DNA from: the human T2T-CHM13v2.0 reference genome, Homo sapiens
Assembly: GCF_009914755.1 (NCBI RefSeq)
Contig: NC_060947.1
Direction: 5' to 3' (one strand)
DNA length: 64,000 nt
A program made the translations under genes and the position numbers. Under the pieces are notes generated by a model. That model did not search any database and was not told the origin of the DNA. It saw only the letters and a program-made list of their open reading frames with translations. This document shows positions 26,754 through 40,880 of the stretch, one piece after another. The first letter of the stretch is position 1. Each line of letters begins with the position of its first letter.

Positions 26754-27819
26754 GTAGAGAAGGAACCAGAAGGAGAGAGGGCAGAGAGTCTGATGGAGGG
26801 CCTGAACAACTTCCATGAATTGATTTGGGAAATCTCTGAATAATCGTTACCAGCCTGAAATTGTAGGGTGATCTGAGTGGGCAGATCTATTGAATGAAAG
26901 GATCAGAGGCTGCCTGGTTTCCTGGGTCACCTGAAGGCAGAGAGCCTCTGCCAACCCATATCAGGTTTTATTTGCATGGACACCCCATGCTCCCTTAGAA
27001 TTCCCCCCTACTTATTATCTAGCTCCCCTTTGTCACTCAGCAATTCTAGTGATGGATTTTGAGAGAGTTATATGTCTTGACTACCCTGAGGGTCCGATAC
27101 ACCCTTGCCAGAGTGCCAGAGCTGACAGCTATCTTCATGCCTATTTGAGGCAGGTATTTCTTCCCCTGTGGACAGTGGATCCTCTCCACTGAGGCTAGGG
27201 CTATGTGAATAGGTAGGGTTAGTGGAATATGACAGACATTCACTAGTGATGTGACAGCAGTTGAGGTAGGCTCAGTGTATCAATGTAACAGTGAAAGGGG
27301 GTATGCAACTGCAAGGAAGGGGAAATTGGAGAGCAGATTGACTGATGCTAAGTACTGCAAGTTATACTGCAGACAAAAGGCTGGGTGTAGACATGTCTCC
27401 TAAAACAATCCAGATGATGCCCTCAACTCTGACTGCTTCCCATAGTCTCAGAGTTCTTGGCACACCAGAGGGTAGGTGCCTGCTGGCTGTATTTGCTGGC
27501 CTATGTTGCCACCAGATACTGTAGAGTAGAGCATCGGCCCAAGGTGTAGACATTTGCAGAGTGAATGGTGAGCTGATGGAGATGGCACACTACCTTTTTA
27601 AAATGATGGTGGCTGATAGAGATGTGTGAAATCCAATGCAGAAAGCATCACATACCATCCTGTTGCCAGGATATCCACCTCCAAGGTGAGAATGTGAAAG
27701 CTTGGGAGGGAGACGTTCATAATCACACTGTCAGTAATAGATTCCATGGAGGCAGAAGACCCTACCACGGGGTAGGCTCCACATTTTGGTACTGTGATTT
27801 ATTCAGTTTTGGTGCTTTG

Positions 27820-28290
27820 ATTCATTAATTTATTCATTAAACATTTATTGAACATATACTGAGGGAAACCGTACATAAACAAAAGAAAAGGAAATGGCAA
27901 GGCACTTGATTCAGGCTGTGGGTGTGAGGATGGAGAGTAGGAGTCACGTTTGAGTTTTGGAAAGTTAGGGACTATGTGAAAGGGCGAGGGACAGCCTATA
28001 ATGACTGAATCCTGAAGGTTGGATAACTAGGTAGAAGTTTCTCTTAGCTGAGATTGAGGATAAAGGAGAAGGAAGAGTTGGTGGTGATTTGTGTTAGGAG
28101 TAGAAATGAGTAAGGGTGTGGCAGGTGAGGTCAGTGTGGGCTCTATGGATGGTAATGTTCTGATGGTTATCCAAGTGATGTTCAATGTAAAGTAGAAAAT
28201 GTGAATTTGGGTATCAGGAGAGAAGCAAGATCAGATTTGGCTGTCAGAAGAGGTCATGTGAGGCCATAGGTTGAGGTAAAATCAAGTGTT
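27820..28290 (-). mobile_element. L2 fragment
   Basis: ttcattaatttattcattaaacatttattgaac start followed by L2-type purine-rich antisense sequence. Confidence 0.6.
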
Positions 28291-29089
28291 TTGCATATAG
28301 TGGCCTAAATTCTATAAAATTTCTTCCACTGCAAATGCACTCTGCTTCAGCACAGGCACCTATCTGTGTGGATTTCATTCTGTCCAATACACTGTATCCC
28401 AATTTTGCTGCTTAGCTCTCCAGCACTGCAAAAATGTGGCCACCTACCTCTGCATGCCCAGCCTACCTTGCCATCCCTTCTCTTGTTTTCAAACCCCTTA
28501 TTGCCCACCCCACTCCCACCTGGACACATACAGGCATATTCTGTCCTCCTATCCACTCATCTCTTTTCTATTTTCAGCACAGGACTGGCTGCTTTCTCTT
28601 CAACCCACCGTCCTCATTAGTAACTTGCACAGGCCTTGCCTTCGTGCTGACCCCAATCCCTGTCTCCACTCCCTTTCTAGCCCTGTTTCAAACTCTCCTA
28701 TGGGAAAGAGACCTCTGCTACTCCCTTTACCTAGTATCCTTTTAACATTTAAGAGGACAGTGGGATTTCTTGTCACCCATGTCTCTTTTTTTTGAAAGTC
28801 TTCTCAGTTTGCATCCATGTGTGCAATCCCTCAGCAAGTGCAGGGAGCTTGGCCAGCTTTGCTTTCATCTGTCGTTTCTGCTCCCCAACGTGGCATACAA
28901 TGGCCTTGGCTGATGCTCACATGGCTCAGTCTCAACCACATCTATTACAGATGTGCAGCTGAATTCCCTTTGATATCACAAGTTCTTATATGAGTTCCTG
29001 CTTCAAGGAACAGAGAAGGATAATTTGTGTCTGAGGTTCACAGTATTATCTCTAGTGACACTGCATTCACACTTTCAATGATGTGGGTT

Positions 29090-29091
29090 TC

Positions 29092-29123
<32 letters not shown>

Positions 29124-29156
29124 TTGGTTTGTTTGTTTGTTTGGTTGGGTTTTTTT
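29090..29156. repeat. (GTTTT)n/(GTTT)n simple repeat
   Basis: Direct reading. Confidence 0.85.
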
Positions 29157-29309
29157 AAAGCCTGGTATGTGTATGGGTTCATCTTGTCACCAGGGCTTCA
29201 GGTACTAAGAGGAAAAAGCTGGCCCTACCCATTGGTACTCAATACTCAGACACAAGAAACAAGAGTATAATTCTGCTTCTCACTTCTCGCCCTTTGGGCT
29301 ATTGTCATT

Positions 29310-30140
29310 ATTATAATTATTCTTCAACATATGTTAACACCACCATATAGTGCTATTATTTTTACTTTAAAACAGTGTATTTTAAAGACATTATATATAT
29401 GGCATATATATAGCATCTTGTTACCATTTCCAGTGCTCTTTATTCCTTTGTATAGATCCAGATTTCTGTCTGATGCCATTTTCCTTCTTCCTGGAAGACT
29501 TGCTTTAATGTTTCTTATAGTGGACATCTGTTGGTGATAAATCCTCTCAGGTTTTGTATTTTTGAGAAATCCTTTATTTCACGTTTGTTTCTGAAAGATA
29601 GATTCACTTGATATAGAATTCTAGGTTAACAGGTACTTTTTGTTTCTTTCAGTACTTTACTAAACGACACCAGAAGATAGGTATTAACACTACTACCTTC
29701 TAGCTTAGATTGTTTTTGAAGGGAAATCTGCTGCTATCTTTATCATTGTTCCTCTGGAGGTAGTGTCTTTTGTTAATATCCTCTGTTTACTTTTAAGAGT
29801 TTCTCTTTGTTACTGGCTTTAGGCAACTTGATTACAATGTGCCTTACTGTTGTTGTCTTCATGTTTCTTGTGTTAGGGGGTTCTTTTCGCATCTTGGATC
29901 TGTGGGTTTATAGTTTTCATGCAATTTGAGTTAGAACATAGAGCAAGCTTCTTTTGTTTCCCGCCTCCCAGAGATTGCTGTGGTTCCTTACTGGATGTCC
30001 AATGTCTTAAAAGCACTCCCCTCCACTTTTTTTTTTTTTTTTAACATATATTCCCTGTTCTTCTTGTAGTTGTTGTTGTTTCCAATAGGAGGGTAAAACT
30101 GGTCCCTGTTACTCCATCTTGGTGGGAAGCAGAAGTTCTT
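29310..30140 (-). mobile_element. Old L1M 5'/ORF1-region fragments
   Basis: gatatagaattctaggtt..., ttggatctgtgggtttatagttttc, and terminal ctggtccctgttactccatcttgg...agcagaagt typical of an antisense L1M 5' end. Confidence 0.65.
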
Positions 30141-31244
30141 CTAGATTAACTTTTTTTCTTCAGCATATCTCAATGTCTTTAATAAGATAAAGTACATTGT
30201 TAAACTTTACAAGTGAAGTATGCACATTGAGCATGGGGAAGGTGCAATATTCAGAATGATATTCTGACGATTTATCAACTCAATTTAATAATTATTGTCT
30301 TGAATATGTCCTTTTTAAAAAATTCCTATTGCCATCTGAGCAGTTCAGGCCCTTGTTATATAAACTACTACAGTGTTTTTCCTCCAAGTTTTTATATTTT
30401 CAGTATGTCTCCCTCTAATCCATCACACCAGATGGCAAGCAGAAGGAAGGCTAACATCACTAAATTGGAGACTGGCTATGACACATACATTGAATTAACA
30501 ACTTAAGGCTCCCAGGGCGTGGATACCGAAGGAACTTGCCAGAGCAGAGCTCAGTGGCTTACCATGTTTACTTACTTCTGGTCCAAATGGCCTCTCCTAT
30601 AGGCCCATTCCTCAATCTGTAAAATGTTTGTCAAGTTCAAAAGGTGGAAGGGAACAACTAGGTCTTGTACTCTTTTGATTTTGCTGTTTTTCTTTTCCTG
30701 TTCTACCTTGCTGAACTGTTGGTCAAGCTCTTGGGATAAAACTAAAACAAAAATGTAAAAAGTACAATTTCACTCCAGTTTCCTGCCGAAAGTATTTTGT
30801 CTGTTAATGTCCCACATAACAACATACTGGGTCAAGTAAGTTTTTATTCTATAGAGTTAGAAAATTATTTCTTTTTAAAGTTGAATATTTGCATGTCCTT
30901 TCTAACTAAGGCTTCTCTCTTAAAAGATTACCAAGCTATTCAAATGTGCAAGAAGGAATAGAATTTGGATAATCTGTATTGAGAATTTCTGATGTTCTTT
31001 TCGAACAATTTTTAAAAATTGATAAGCAAATGACACATCTCATGATGTAGTATAAAAGAAAATATGTTAAGCAGTTTACTCAAATTAATTTCCACATGAA
31101 GATTGTTCAGAAAATCTATACTGAATACTCACTATACGCCTTCTCCATGTCTCTGTAAAATATATATTTTATAAAAGTGTACAATTTTAATTGATGCATA
31201 GCCTTTTTTTCTACTGAGATTCCTTCAGATTTTGAGAATATGGT

Positions 31245-31550
31245 CTAGATATATGGTATACAATACTGTGGCCAAAAATCACATGTGGTTATTAAGCACT
31301 TGAAATGTGGCTCCTCTGAACTGAAATATGCTATAAGTATAAAATACACTTCGGATTTCAAAGACTTCATACAAAATTAAATAATAAGAAAGATCTAAAA
31401 CATATTTTAAAAACCTCATAATATCTTAAGTCTACATAAAATATATGATTAAAAATATTTTCACCTGTTTCTCCTTTTTTAATGTGACTTTTAGAAAGTA
31501 TAAGATTAAAAATGTAGCATGCATTAAATTTCTTTTGGGTAGTGCTGGTC
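31245..31550. mobile_element. MER33-like hAT-Charlie DNA transposon
   Basis: cacatgtggttattaagcacttgaaatgtggct...aaatacacttcggatttcaaagactt...gggtagtgctg, flanked by gtctaga/gtctgga. Confidence 0.7.
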
Positions 31551-32476
31551 TGGATATTGTTTATTCAGCAAATTTTTGGCCAGTTTTTTCTCAAAGAGTG
31601 AGAGAGAAGACAATAATTCTTGCCAATGTTATTCATAATTATTAGGACATTTCTACCACTAATAAATGTAAGTCAATAGATAAGTGACTTCTTTCTAGGT
31701 CTGCCTCATTAGCACAGAAGGATGGGGAGGCTGGGTGATTTGGATAATTGCTAAGTCTCCCTCTGACTCTAATTCTATGTAATCTAAGTATTTAAATAAC
31801 ATCATAAATTGTAAGGTCCAAGACATGGGCAACTTGCTATGTGTGAATGAATTAATTAAGAAAGCAAAGAATAAAAAAATTAATGGTCAATGAATATTTT
31901 TAAATGTTAATTTCACTTATTTGTTAGTAAAATAAATACTGTTTATTGTACATAAAATAGAGATTTTAAAAATAATAGCATCTAACACTAGTAAAAGGAT
32001 AGAGTGAGACTTTTACTATATACAAAGAGCTTTAAAAAGATCTTTAACATTTTTCCAAGCACTTTCACTTCTAGAAATTTAGCCTAAGTTAACAACCAGA
32101 GATACACACAGAACTTAGTATATGATGATGTTCATTCTAGCCAAGCATGAACCAAAGCCAAGGCCAAGGGAAAATCATGGCAGGCAGGTAACTGCTGGTG
32201 ACAGGCAGGTCTGTGGAAATATGTAAATCACTCCTTTGGTGACAGAAATAATGAGGGGACACATTGAGAAGGCCATGATTTCTGCGTTGGCAGGAAATGT
32301 AACTGTTGCAGTAATTTGTATTTAAATGTAGATGTGGCTCCATTTTCTAGTGATAGGGTGGTGATATCAGGGAAAATTTAGACTGCGTATATAAACAAAT
32401 ACACTTACATCAACATATCTATCTATCTATAGATAGATAGATAGATAGATAGTTTTATTTACTGAATGGAATACAC

Positions 32477-32835
32477 TGTGATGGAGTCAATTATTGGTCC
32501 CAGTTCTTCACCCCTCCATAAATCTCTATTCTTGTCATGGCCTCATCATGAGCAGATTGTACTTCCCCAATTATTATCTTTGGGCTCGGCCATGTGACTT
32601 GCTTTGGCCAATTGTTGTGACTTAAGCAAGGTCCTAAAATGTGTTTCTACATTGAGGCATGCTTTCTTACACTTATGCCATCACAATTAGAAAAAGTTCC
32701 GATCAGTTCTCTGGTCTCAGCCAACCTACAGTGTGCAGCAGAGCCACTTCAGCCAACCCACAGACCATGAGAACAAACGGCCGTGTTAAGATACTGAGTT
32801 TTGTGGCTGTTCTTTAGGCAGCAGCAATTAAGAAA
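32477..32835 (+). mobile_element. MaLR LTR (MLT1H/I-like)
   Basis: tgtgatgg start; ctttgggctcggccatgtgacttgctttggcc; gagttttgtggctg...gcagca end. Confidence 0.7.
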
Positions 32836-33209
32836 TAAGTGCATTAAAGGATACTAGTGGTCACAAAAAAAGTACTGATTTTTTTATGTTCTTGTTTTCC
32901 ACAGGGAGCACATATTATTCTTAAATATATTTTTGAAGGTTAAGAAAAATGCATATTAAAAGGCATGGAAAATTTGAATTGTACATATTTGAAAAATCAT
33001 TAAAATGAAGAAAAATAACCAATAATTATAAAGAATTGTTAAATAACATATGATTATTTCACTTATAAAATGCACAAAAATTAAGATTATCCATAGACTA
33101 TTCTCTCCCAAAATGGCAGATTAACACAAAGCAAACTTAGAAGATAAATCCTTAATAGTTCATGGTTTTCTATATAGTTCATGGAGAGTATTTATCTCAC
33201 ATTGTCTAG

Positions 33210-33450
33210 AAAGGCAAATGCAGTACTTAAAAGAATGGGATTCTGGAATCAGATACCTAGTGTTTGAATCCAGGCTTTACCATTTACTAGCTGTGTGATC
33301 TTGTGTAAGTTACTTAACCTCTCTGTGCCTCTTTTCTCATCTGTAAATTTGGGGTAATAATAGTACTTAACTAAATTACTTTGAGAATTACAAAACATTC
33401 GGAACAGTGTCCACAAATTCATAAGCATTTTATGTACATGTTAACTATTA
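33210..33450 (+). mobile_element. MIR
   Basis: MIR core atttactagctgtgtgatcttgtgtaagttacttaacctctctgtgcctc...catctgtaaa. Confidence 0.8.
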
Positions 33451-34515
33451 CTTTATTATCAAAAACATTTTTGCTGAGTTTTTATTTTGCATGTTGGGAA
33501 TTAGTTGACCTTTACTACAGAGAGAAAATAGACTCCATAGAGAAACTTAGTACTTAAAAGAAAAGCTGGGATACAGAAATAATAAAGTTCTGACAGGGAA
33601 TAGTTCCTAAGACACTATAGTATTAATTAAGTCAATAAAAAGCATTAATATTTTTAAAGTTCAGCTATGGCTATCACATAAATTTATTAGCCTTAATTTC
33701 TCACTTCCCATTCATGTAGGATAAACGAAGTGCTTTAATGGAGAGATATTTCCATTTTTGTCATGAGTATATAGCTAAGCAATGAAAAGCTGAGAAACTC
33801 AGCTTGGACCACATCTTGGACTAAGTAAGATTTCAGGATAGTTTGGTGTCCAAGGATATCTCTTATTGCATTTTTTAAATAAATCTGAGAACGTTCTGAT
33901 GATCTCTTTTGAGAGTAATATGGAAGAAGAATTAGAATATGTTGGAAGTGCTGCATATCCAAAGCATTGTCTTCATGTATACTCTATAGATTTTAAGTGA
34001 TTTTTAACTTAATTTTTCCAAGCTGGAATATTTTCTATCATAATTATTAGCCTCATAAGGTATTTAACTTTTATTTATACAAATGTTTAGAATTTATGAT
34101 TAGATGTGTGCATTTAGGCTAGTTGGACTTCCTTTATTTTTTATAGATGTGGCTTTTGGAATTCAGCATTACGCTTTTTCAAATAGAATACATATATATC
34201 TGAAACATTTTTCTGCTTGACTCTATTGTTGTGCTCTATGTAAAATGACATTTACTTTGTTTCTCATTGGCTAGAAACAATAATATAAATCTTAATTATG
34301 TACTGGGATAAAATATATTTTCTAGTTCAGCCACATTGTGGTTTAGGCTGTGGGGACTAGCCTAGGAAACTAACCATCCTTTATCATTTCATTCCAATTG
34401 GGAGAGAGCACCTGGAATTCCAAACAACCAACTTCATAGCTAAATGTATAGAAGAAAAGTTCTTTATAAATTGGGCTTTGCTTGTACTAAGAGGAAAATA
34501 TTAAGACCAATCTGA

Positions 34516-34875
<360 letters not shown>

Positions 34876-35193
34876 TTATATGTTCAAGATTTCAAGTCAA
34901 ACTACAAGGATAATATACCGAAATGCATATGTATGTTGTAGTGTTCATTTCCAGTTCAAGTTAGCTCTACATTTTATTGATCTGATAAGCACACTTGTTA
35001 CCTAAAGCCAAACACAATGTAGATTATCTGTCAGACTGTTATAATTGAAAGCCTCTAAAATGTTTAGACTTGTTGGCACAAGAATTCCACATCCAGGAAT
35101 CTATAGAAAGGTCTCTTTTCTGGAACTGTGCTACATATGATACTGTTTTGACTATTCCCTTTTTTTTGCTAAACATGCTATTGCTTTAGCTTC

Positions 35194-35623
35194 TGTATTA
35201 GTCAAGAATAGGCTGGGTTATGCTAGAGTGAGAAATTAATCCTGAAATGTTAGTATTAATCCTAAAATGTTAGCATCTTACTGTAACAAAGGTTTATTTA
35301 TTTATAGCATTACATGTTCAATGGATATGGGGAAGAAAGGGGCGTTAAGTGTTTGTTCCACATTGACACTCAGAAATTCGGGTTGACAGATGCTCCATCT
35401 GTGAATTCCCTGCTTATTGAGGTAGGAACGAGAAGCCAGAAAGTCTCCAAGGGGCTTTTCTCTGATTTAGCCAAACCAATAATTTTCTTTCCCATTTCGT
35501 TGGCTGGAACTAGTTATACGTTACTGGTGAGGTGTAAGAGGTCTGAGAAGCAGAGTTCTCCTTGTGCCTAAGAAGAAGGGATATGAAGCTACATTTGGTG
35601 AGTATAGCACCGTCTCTGCCACA
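35194..35623 (-). mobile_element. MaLR LTR (MLT1J/K-like) inside L2 sequence
   Basis: tgtattagtcaagaataggctgggttatgct...tctctgccaca; L2-like sequence continues 35630-36045. Confidence 0.65.
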
Positions 35624-36049
35624 GTTTTCAAGACACTACCCTGTTCTGGCTCTTCTACTTCTCAGACTGCTTTTTTTTTCTTCATCTCCTCAATAGAATT
35701 CTCCTTCTTCGTCTCACCCGTTAAACATTGATGTTCCTTAAGTTACCATATCCAGGCTACTAATACCTTCCCTGCACAGCTATCCCTAGGTAACTTCATA
35801 TACTCCTGCAGTTGCAACTACTAACCATACGCTTCTAACTTCGACGTCTATTATCCCAAGCCTTAATTTACCCACAAAGCTTTAAACACATATCAAACTA
35901 TGACTGATTCATGGAAATCTCAAGCTCAATGTAAAGAAATATAAACTCATCCTTTCTTCCAAAATTACCTTCTTCTGTTTCCTTATTCCTTATTCCTTAG
36001 TGGCAGCATCATATATCCAAGTCTGGATTCCTCCTTATCATTCCCACCT

Positions 36050-36410
36050 GTTAGTGGCAACTTGAGTAGGTTATGGTCCCCAGGTGTTTGGTCAAACATC
36101 AGTCAAGATATTGCTGTGAAGGTTTCCTTTTTAAGATGTGATTAACATTTAAATTACTAGATTTTGAGTAAAGCAGATCACCCTCCATAGTTTGGGTGTG
36201 CTTCCTCCAATCAGCTGAAGGTGCTAAAGAGCAACAACTGTGGTTTCCTGAAGAAAGAAATTCAGTTTCAAGACTGCAACATAGAAATCCTGCCTGAGCT
36301 TCCAGTCTGCTTGCCCTTCCCTGCAGATTTCAGACTTGAAACTGTCACCGTATCATGTACCTGAGTTTCCAGCCTTCCAGCTTACCTTATGTATTTCAGA
36401 CTTGCCAATC
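36050..36410 (+). mobile_element. MLT2D-like ERVL LTR
   Basis: tggtcaaacatcagtcaagatattgctgtgaagg...gagtaaagcagatcaccctccatag...ccaatcagctgaagg. Confidence 0.75.
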
Positions 36411-36573
36411 TTATATATATATATATATGATATATATAACTATATATATAATATATTATATATTTGCTCTGTGTGTGTGTTTGCTTTTTTGCTGTTATTC
36501 AGAGCTCTGCCACTTCTATTCAGACTTGACCATATACATTTACATATATATGTATATGTATAAAACATATTTG

Positions 36574-36614
<41 letters not shown>

Positions 36615-36646
36615 CTTTTTCTCTTATTTAGAGCTCTGCCACTTCC
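36411..36646. repeat. (TA)n and (TG)n microsatellites within a ~125-bp tandem duplication
   Basis: atatttgctctgtgtgtg...agagctctgccactt occurs twice; pure (TG) run about 36577-36612. Confidence 0.85.
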
Positions 36647-37724
36647 ATCCTGGTTAATTGAGCTGAAGACTCTGATATTGACAAGCTTCAGTATCTTGAA
36701 GTTATTCATTTTGTTTTCTGCCATTTATAGTTTCTTTGTCTCCTCCCTTATTGTTAAACTAACTTTATGCTTCTCACAGTTTTAGCAACTCCTTTCAAAA
36801 TGTTGGCAGCTTCTAAATGGCCAAGGGATGAATCCAGACAACGAGATTTTTTAGAAGCATATCAAAGTAAAATCAGTTTCTTGTGGATGACCTGAATGAC
36901 TGTATTGTTAGCAGAGTGCATTTCTTTTGATATAGGGACTCTGGCTGCTCAAAGGCCTTGCTTAATTATCTCCTTTACTGTGATGTTCCAGCTAGAATCT
37001 TGAGATAAATGGGGTGTTACTACATTTACTCTTAAGGACTCCACCAAATTGTTTTAAGTTTATTTTTAATCAGATGGCCAAGGTACATTAAATCAGTGTC
37101 CAAACGGATCTATCAACTACCTTATTTCTACCACTTTTCAATACATTTCAATTTATTCATCTTTTCTACTTCTCTACTCAAACATTCACCACCATCAGTA
37201 GGGATCTCCTGGGTGATCAATCCAATAGAAATTTTTTAAATTTTGATGTTTATTTTTAACAAAAGTTATATTTGTCTACTATAGCACATTTGAAATTTTT
37301 TAAGTTTAATACGTAAATTGAACTAATTACCCATAATCCTACCACCCAAAGATAGCAGTTAACCATTGTTAGCACTTCAAACCATTGTTAATAATTTGAT
37401 GCATTATCCTTCAGAAATACATATATTTCTGACAATAATGTATATTACAGAATGGTAACAAAGTGCTATAAGACAGAATTATCTTTTTCTTTTAAAAAAT
37501 AATACTTCATAAATATATAAATATATTAGCATGTATTAAATATTCACCTAATATCAATGATTGATCTGTACAAAGAGTGGTGCATTTTATGTATAATTTC
37601 ATGAGAGCAACCATTTCTCCACTTTAATCAACATTTCACACATATGAGAATCTGTTTCATTTATATGTCTATTTAGCACCAATATAATACTGTTTTAATG
37701 ATTATATATTTAGAATATATTTCA

Positions 37725-38012
37725 GGCCGGGTGCGGTGGCTCAAGCCTGTAATCCCACCACTTTGGGAGGCCAAGGCGGGTGGATCGCTTGAGGTCAGGA
37801 GTTAGAGACCAGCCTGGCCAACATGGTGAAACCCAGTCTCTACTAAAAATACAAAAATTAGCCAGTTGTGGTGGCGGGTGCCTGTAATCCCAGCTACTCG
37901 GAAGGCTGAGACAGGAGAATCACTTGAATGCCGGAGGTGGCAGTGAGCCAAGATCTTGCCACTGCACTCCAGCTTGGGCGGCAGAGTGAGACTCTGTCTC
38001 AAAAAAAAAAAA
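37725..38012 (+). mobile_element. AluS (Sx/Sz-like) followed by a (TA)-rich microsatellite, inside an old antisense L1
   Basis: Full Alu dimer; (TA/CA) array 38017-38085. Confidence 0.9.
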
Positions 38013-38954
38013 AGAAATACATATATATATATATGTATATATATACACATATATATACATATATATATACATATATATTTATATCTCAAAATGTGGTAGG
38101 TAATATTTCTTCCCAGTGATTTTCTTTTTTAATCTTTTATAAGCTATTTGCTATATTTATTCTTTCAGACAACTTTTAGAATTACTTTGTGAAATTCTAA
38201 ATAAAAATGGTATTGAGATTTTGGGTGGGTTTAAGTTAATCCTACATATTTTTTAATGACCCATATGCTAATTTATCATTTTTACCAAAAGCACTTTTTG
38301 ATTCTTATCCTACTTTAAAACATTTCACATAATTGGTTACCCTTCTATGCTTGGCATTTTCTTCCAAGATGCTTCTGGAACTCGATTCACCCTCAGTTTT
38401 CCTCTCATATTTCTACCTTTTTCTTCTCATTGTCCTGTGGTCTTCAACTTTGGGGTCCAATCCTGAAACGCTTAATGTTCTCAAAGGTCACATCTTTGCA
38501 TCTCCTCTTTTTTCATCATGTAAACCCTCCTTGAAGACTTTATTCTCTCCATTGGCTTCAGCCTCTACCTAAGTATTGATATCTCTCAACTCAAAATTTC
38601 CAACATTTCTATGCACCAGGTTCTAGAAGATACATCCTATCAGTAAACAATCTTTGATATAGAGATGTTGGCTCCTTAAAGACCTGGCTTAATCACCTTC
38701 TCTACTGTGAGGTTTCAGACAGAATCTTATAAAATACATCCACTTATATGTCTGTCAGGTATTCCAAATGAAACCTGCCCCCAATCTAAACTCATAATTT
38801 TCTCCTCACCATAGTGCTTTTCCTCTTTTTTCCCCCCTAGGAGAATACCACCACCATATTCCATTACCAATTCCAGAAATCTGGGAATCAACATTAATCC
38901 CTACACCTCCCTCAGATAATCAGTCTTTCTCTGACATCTAGCATATCTACCTAT

Positions 38955-39395
38955 GTCTTAGTCATCTATTACCACAATAATGCTACCTAATAAACCACCC
39001 CAAAACTCAGTGCTATCCAACAATAAACAATTATTCTCATAGTCATCATTCTGTCAGATTTTTGGACAACTCTGCTTTAGACTGAGTCAGAAGGTTAGAT
39101 GCAGGTGTATTATACATGTGTTCATTCTGAGACCAAGACTGAAAGGACAGTAACTGCCTGAGAAGTAGTTCTCATAGAAGATCACAGGAATCCAAGAAAG
39201 TCAAGCCAAATAGTCGAAGTACATGCCAACGCTCTGCTCATATCATATCCACCAACACTCTATTGGCCAAAGATAGTCACATGATTAAGTGACAGGAAAG
39301 TACATGTTGGCCATCATGAAACCTTAGCATGAGTGTATATATGTACTGTTATTTCAAGGAAGAAAAAATTGAGACTAATGATTCAACCTACCACA
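38955..39395 (-). mobile_element. MaLR LTR (MLT1K-like) interrupting an L2 (~38330-39850)
   Basis: tgtcttagtc...aataaaccaccccaaaactcagtg...ctattggccaaagatagtcacatg...ctaccaca. Confidence 0.65.
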
Positions 39396-40469
39396 ACCTA
39401 ATAACATCACTCAGATTAATTCCATTCTCCCCATACCACTGTCAATGCCTTGGTTTGTTCCTCTTAATTTCTCCCCACATTAATGAATAACCTCAACTAT
39501 TCTCAATGATTTTATTCTTGCCCCCGTTCAATGCATTTTTCACACACACATTAGAGTCATATTTATACAACACAAATTGTGTTAGATTACCCTTATGTTC
39601 AAAATCTTTAACTGTGAATCCCCCCCAAAAAATATATGTTTCTTAAGATGTCATATAAGGCCACACTTGTCCTGACTATAGTTTCTTTTTCACAATTCTT
39701 AACCCACACTTCATCTGATCATAATGAAATCTTTGCCATGCTCTGGACAAATTGGAAAAAGAACTCTGTACTTGGAAGATCATACTACTAGTTTCTAAAA
39801 CTGCCTGACATATAGTTGATGCTAAAAATAAATGTTTGGTAAAATAATAATTGTAAAAGCCATTAATTCTAGAAATATCATTTCCTAGTTTATGAGACTT
39901 TGCTGGGCTTATTAAATTATGTAAAAAATTATTTGAACAGTTTAGCCTTTTAGCTGGTTCTAAAATCTTGATAAAACATCATTTTTCTTATATGGCCTTC
40001 GCTACATATCATATAGTTTCTCATGTATTTTTATCTTGTTTCTAAAATCTTTCATAATCTATACTCAGGTTATTACTCAGAAAATCTCATTTCAGATGAT
40101 CTGTTAAATTAGGACAAATTCAAAGAGAAATAAAAAATGGATGTTTTTCTCATTACAAAATAATGAATGTCTCTACCTTTGGAAAGAAAATGTTTAATAA
40201 CCCCTCTAGAAAAAGTTTTATTGTGATCTAATTATACCTTAGAGAATTTATAAAGATGGAAATGAACCAGCACAATGTATATGTGTGGCTTAACATGGTA
40301 AAGTGGAAAGAATATGAGTTTTGGAGGTAGTCTAGGATCTATGTGCCAGCCTTGCCATTTTCATTTATTTAATACATACAGAAGTATCCACTGTATGCAA
40401 ATCAATATAATAGCGGATACTAAGGTGAACAAAGCATACATACTCTTACAGTTCAATGGGAAAGTTGGA

Positions 40470-40880
40470 ATGGTAGAAATTATTATTTACTGATATCTAT
40501 TTTCTCTACTTTTGAGCAAATAGGAAAATTGCACTTTCTTTTCCCCTGTAAAGATAGATTTTTGCCATGTTACTTGCTTTGTCCAAATGAAATATAGATA
40601 CGTGTCACTTTCATGAGAAGGAATTTGGTTGCCTGTGCTCAACTCTCCAGCCCTCACTTTCTCCACTTAGCAATTATGGCAAACATGTTGAGATAGCAAT
40701 GCCATAAGCTATTGGAACTTTCATCAGCATGTGTCACCAAGTAACTAACATGAACAGGAAGGACCCTCTTGCTGACCTGCTTTGAACATGTAATGTGAGA
40801 AAAAAAAATGTATTTTAAGGCTGTAATATTTGGGAGATGTTTACTACAGCAGCATAACCTAGACTAACCTAATGGGTACA
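40470..40880 (+). mobile_element. MaLR LTR (MLT1-type)
   Basis: gccatgttacttgctttgtccaaatgaaat...gtttactacagcagcataacctagact...taca. Confidence 0.6.

Noticed and set aside
36336-38119. ORFs rich in IY/CV/HT repeats
   Set aside because: Products of (TA)n/(TG)n microsatellites and Alu.
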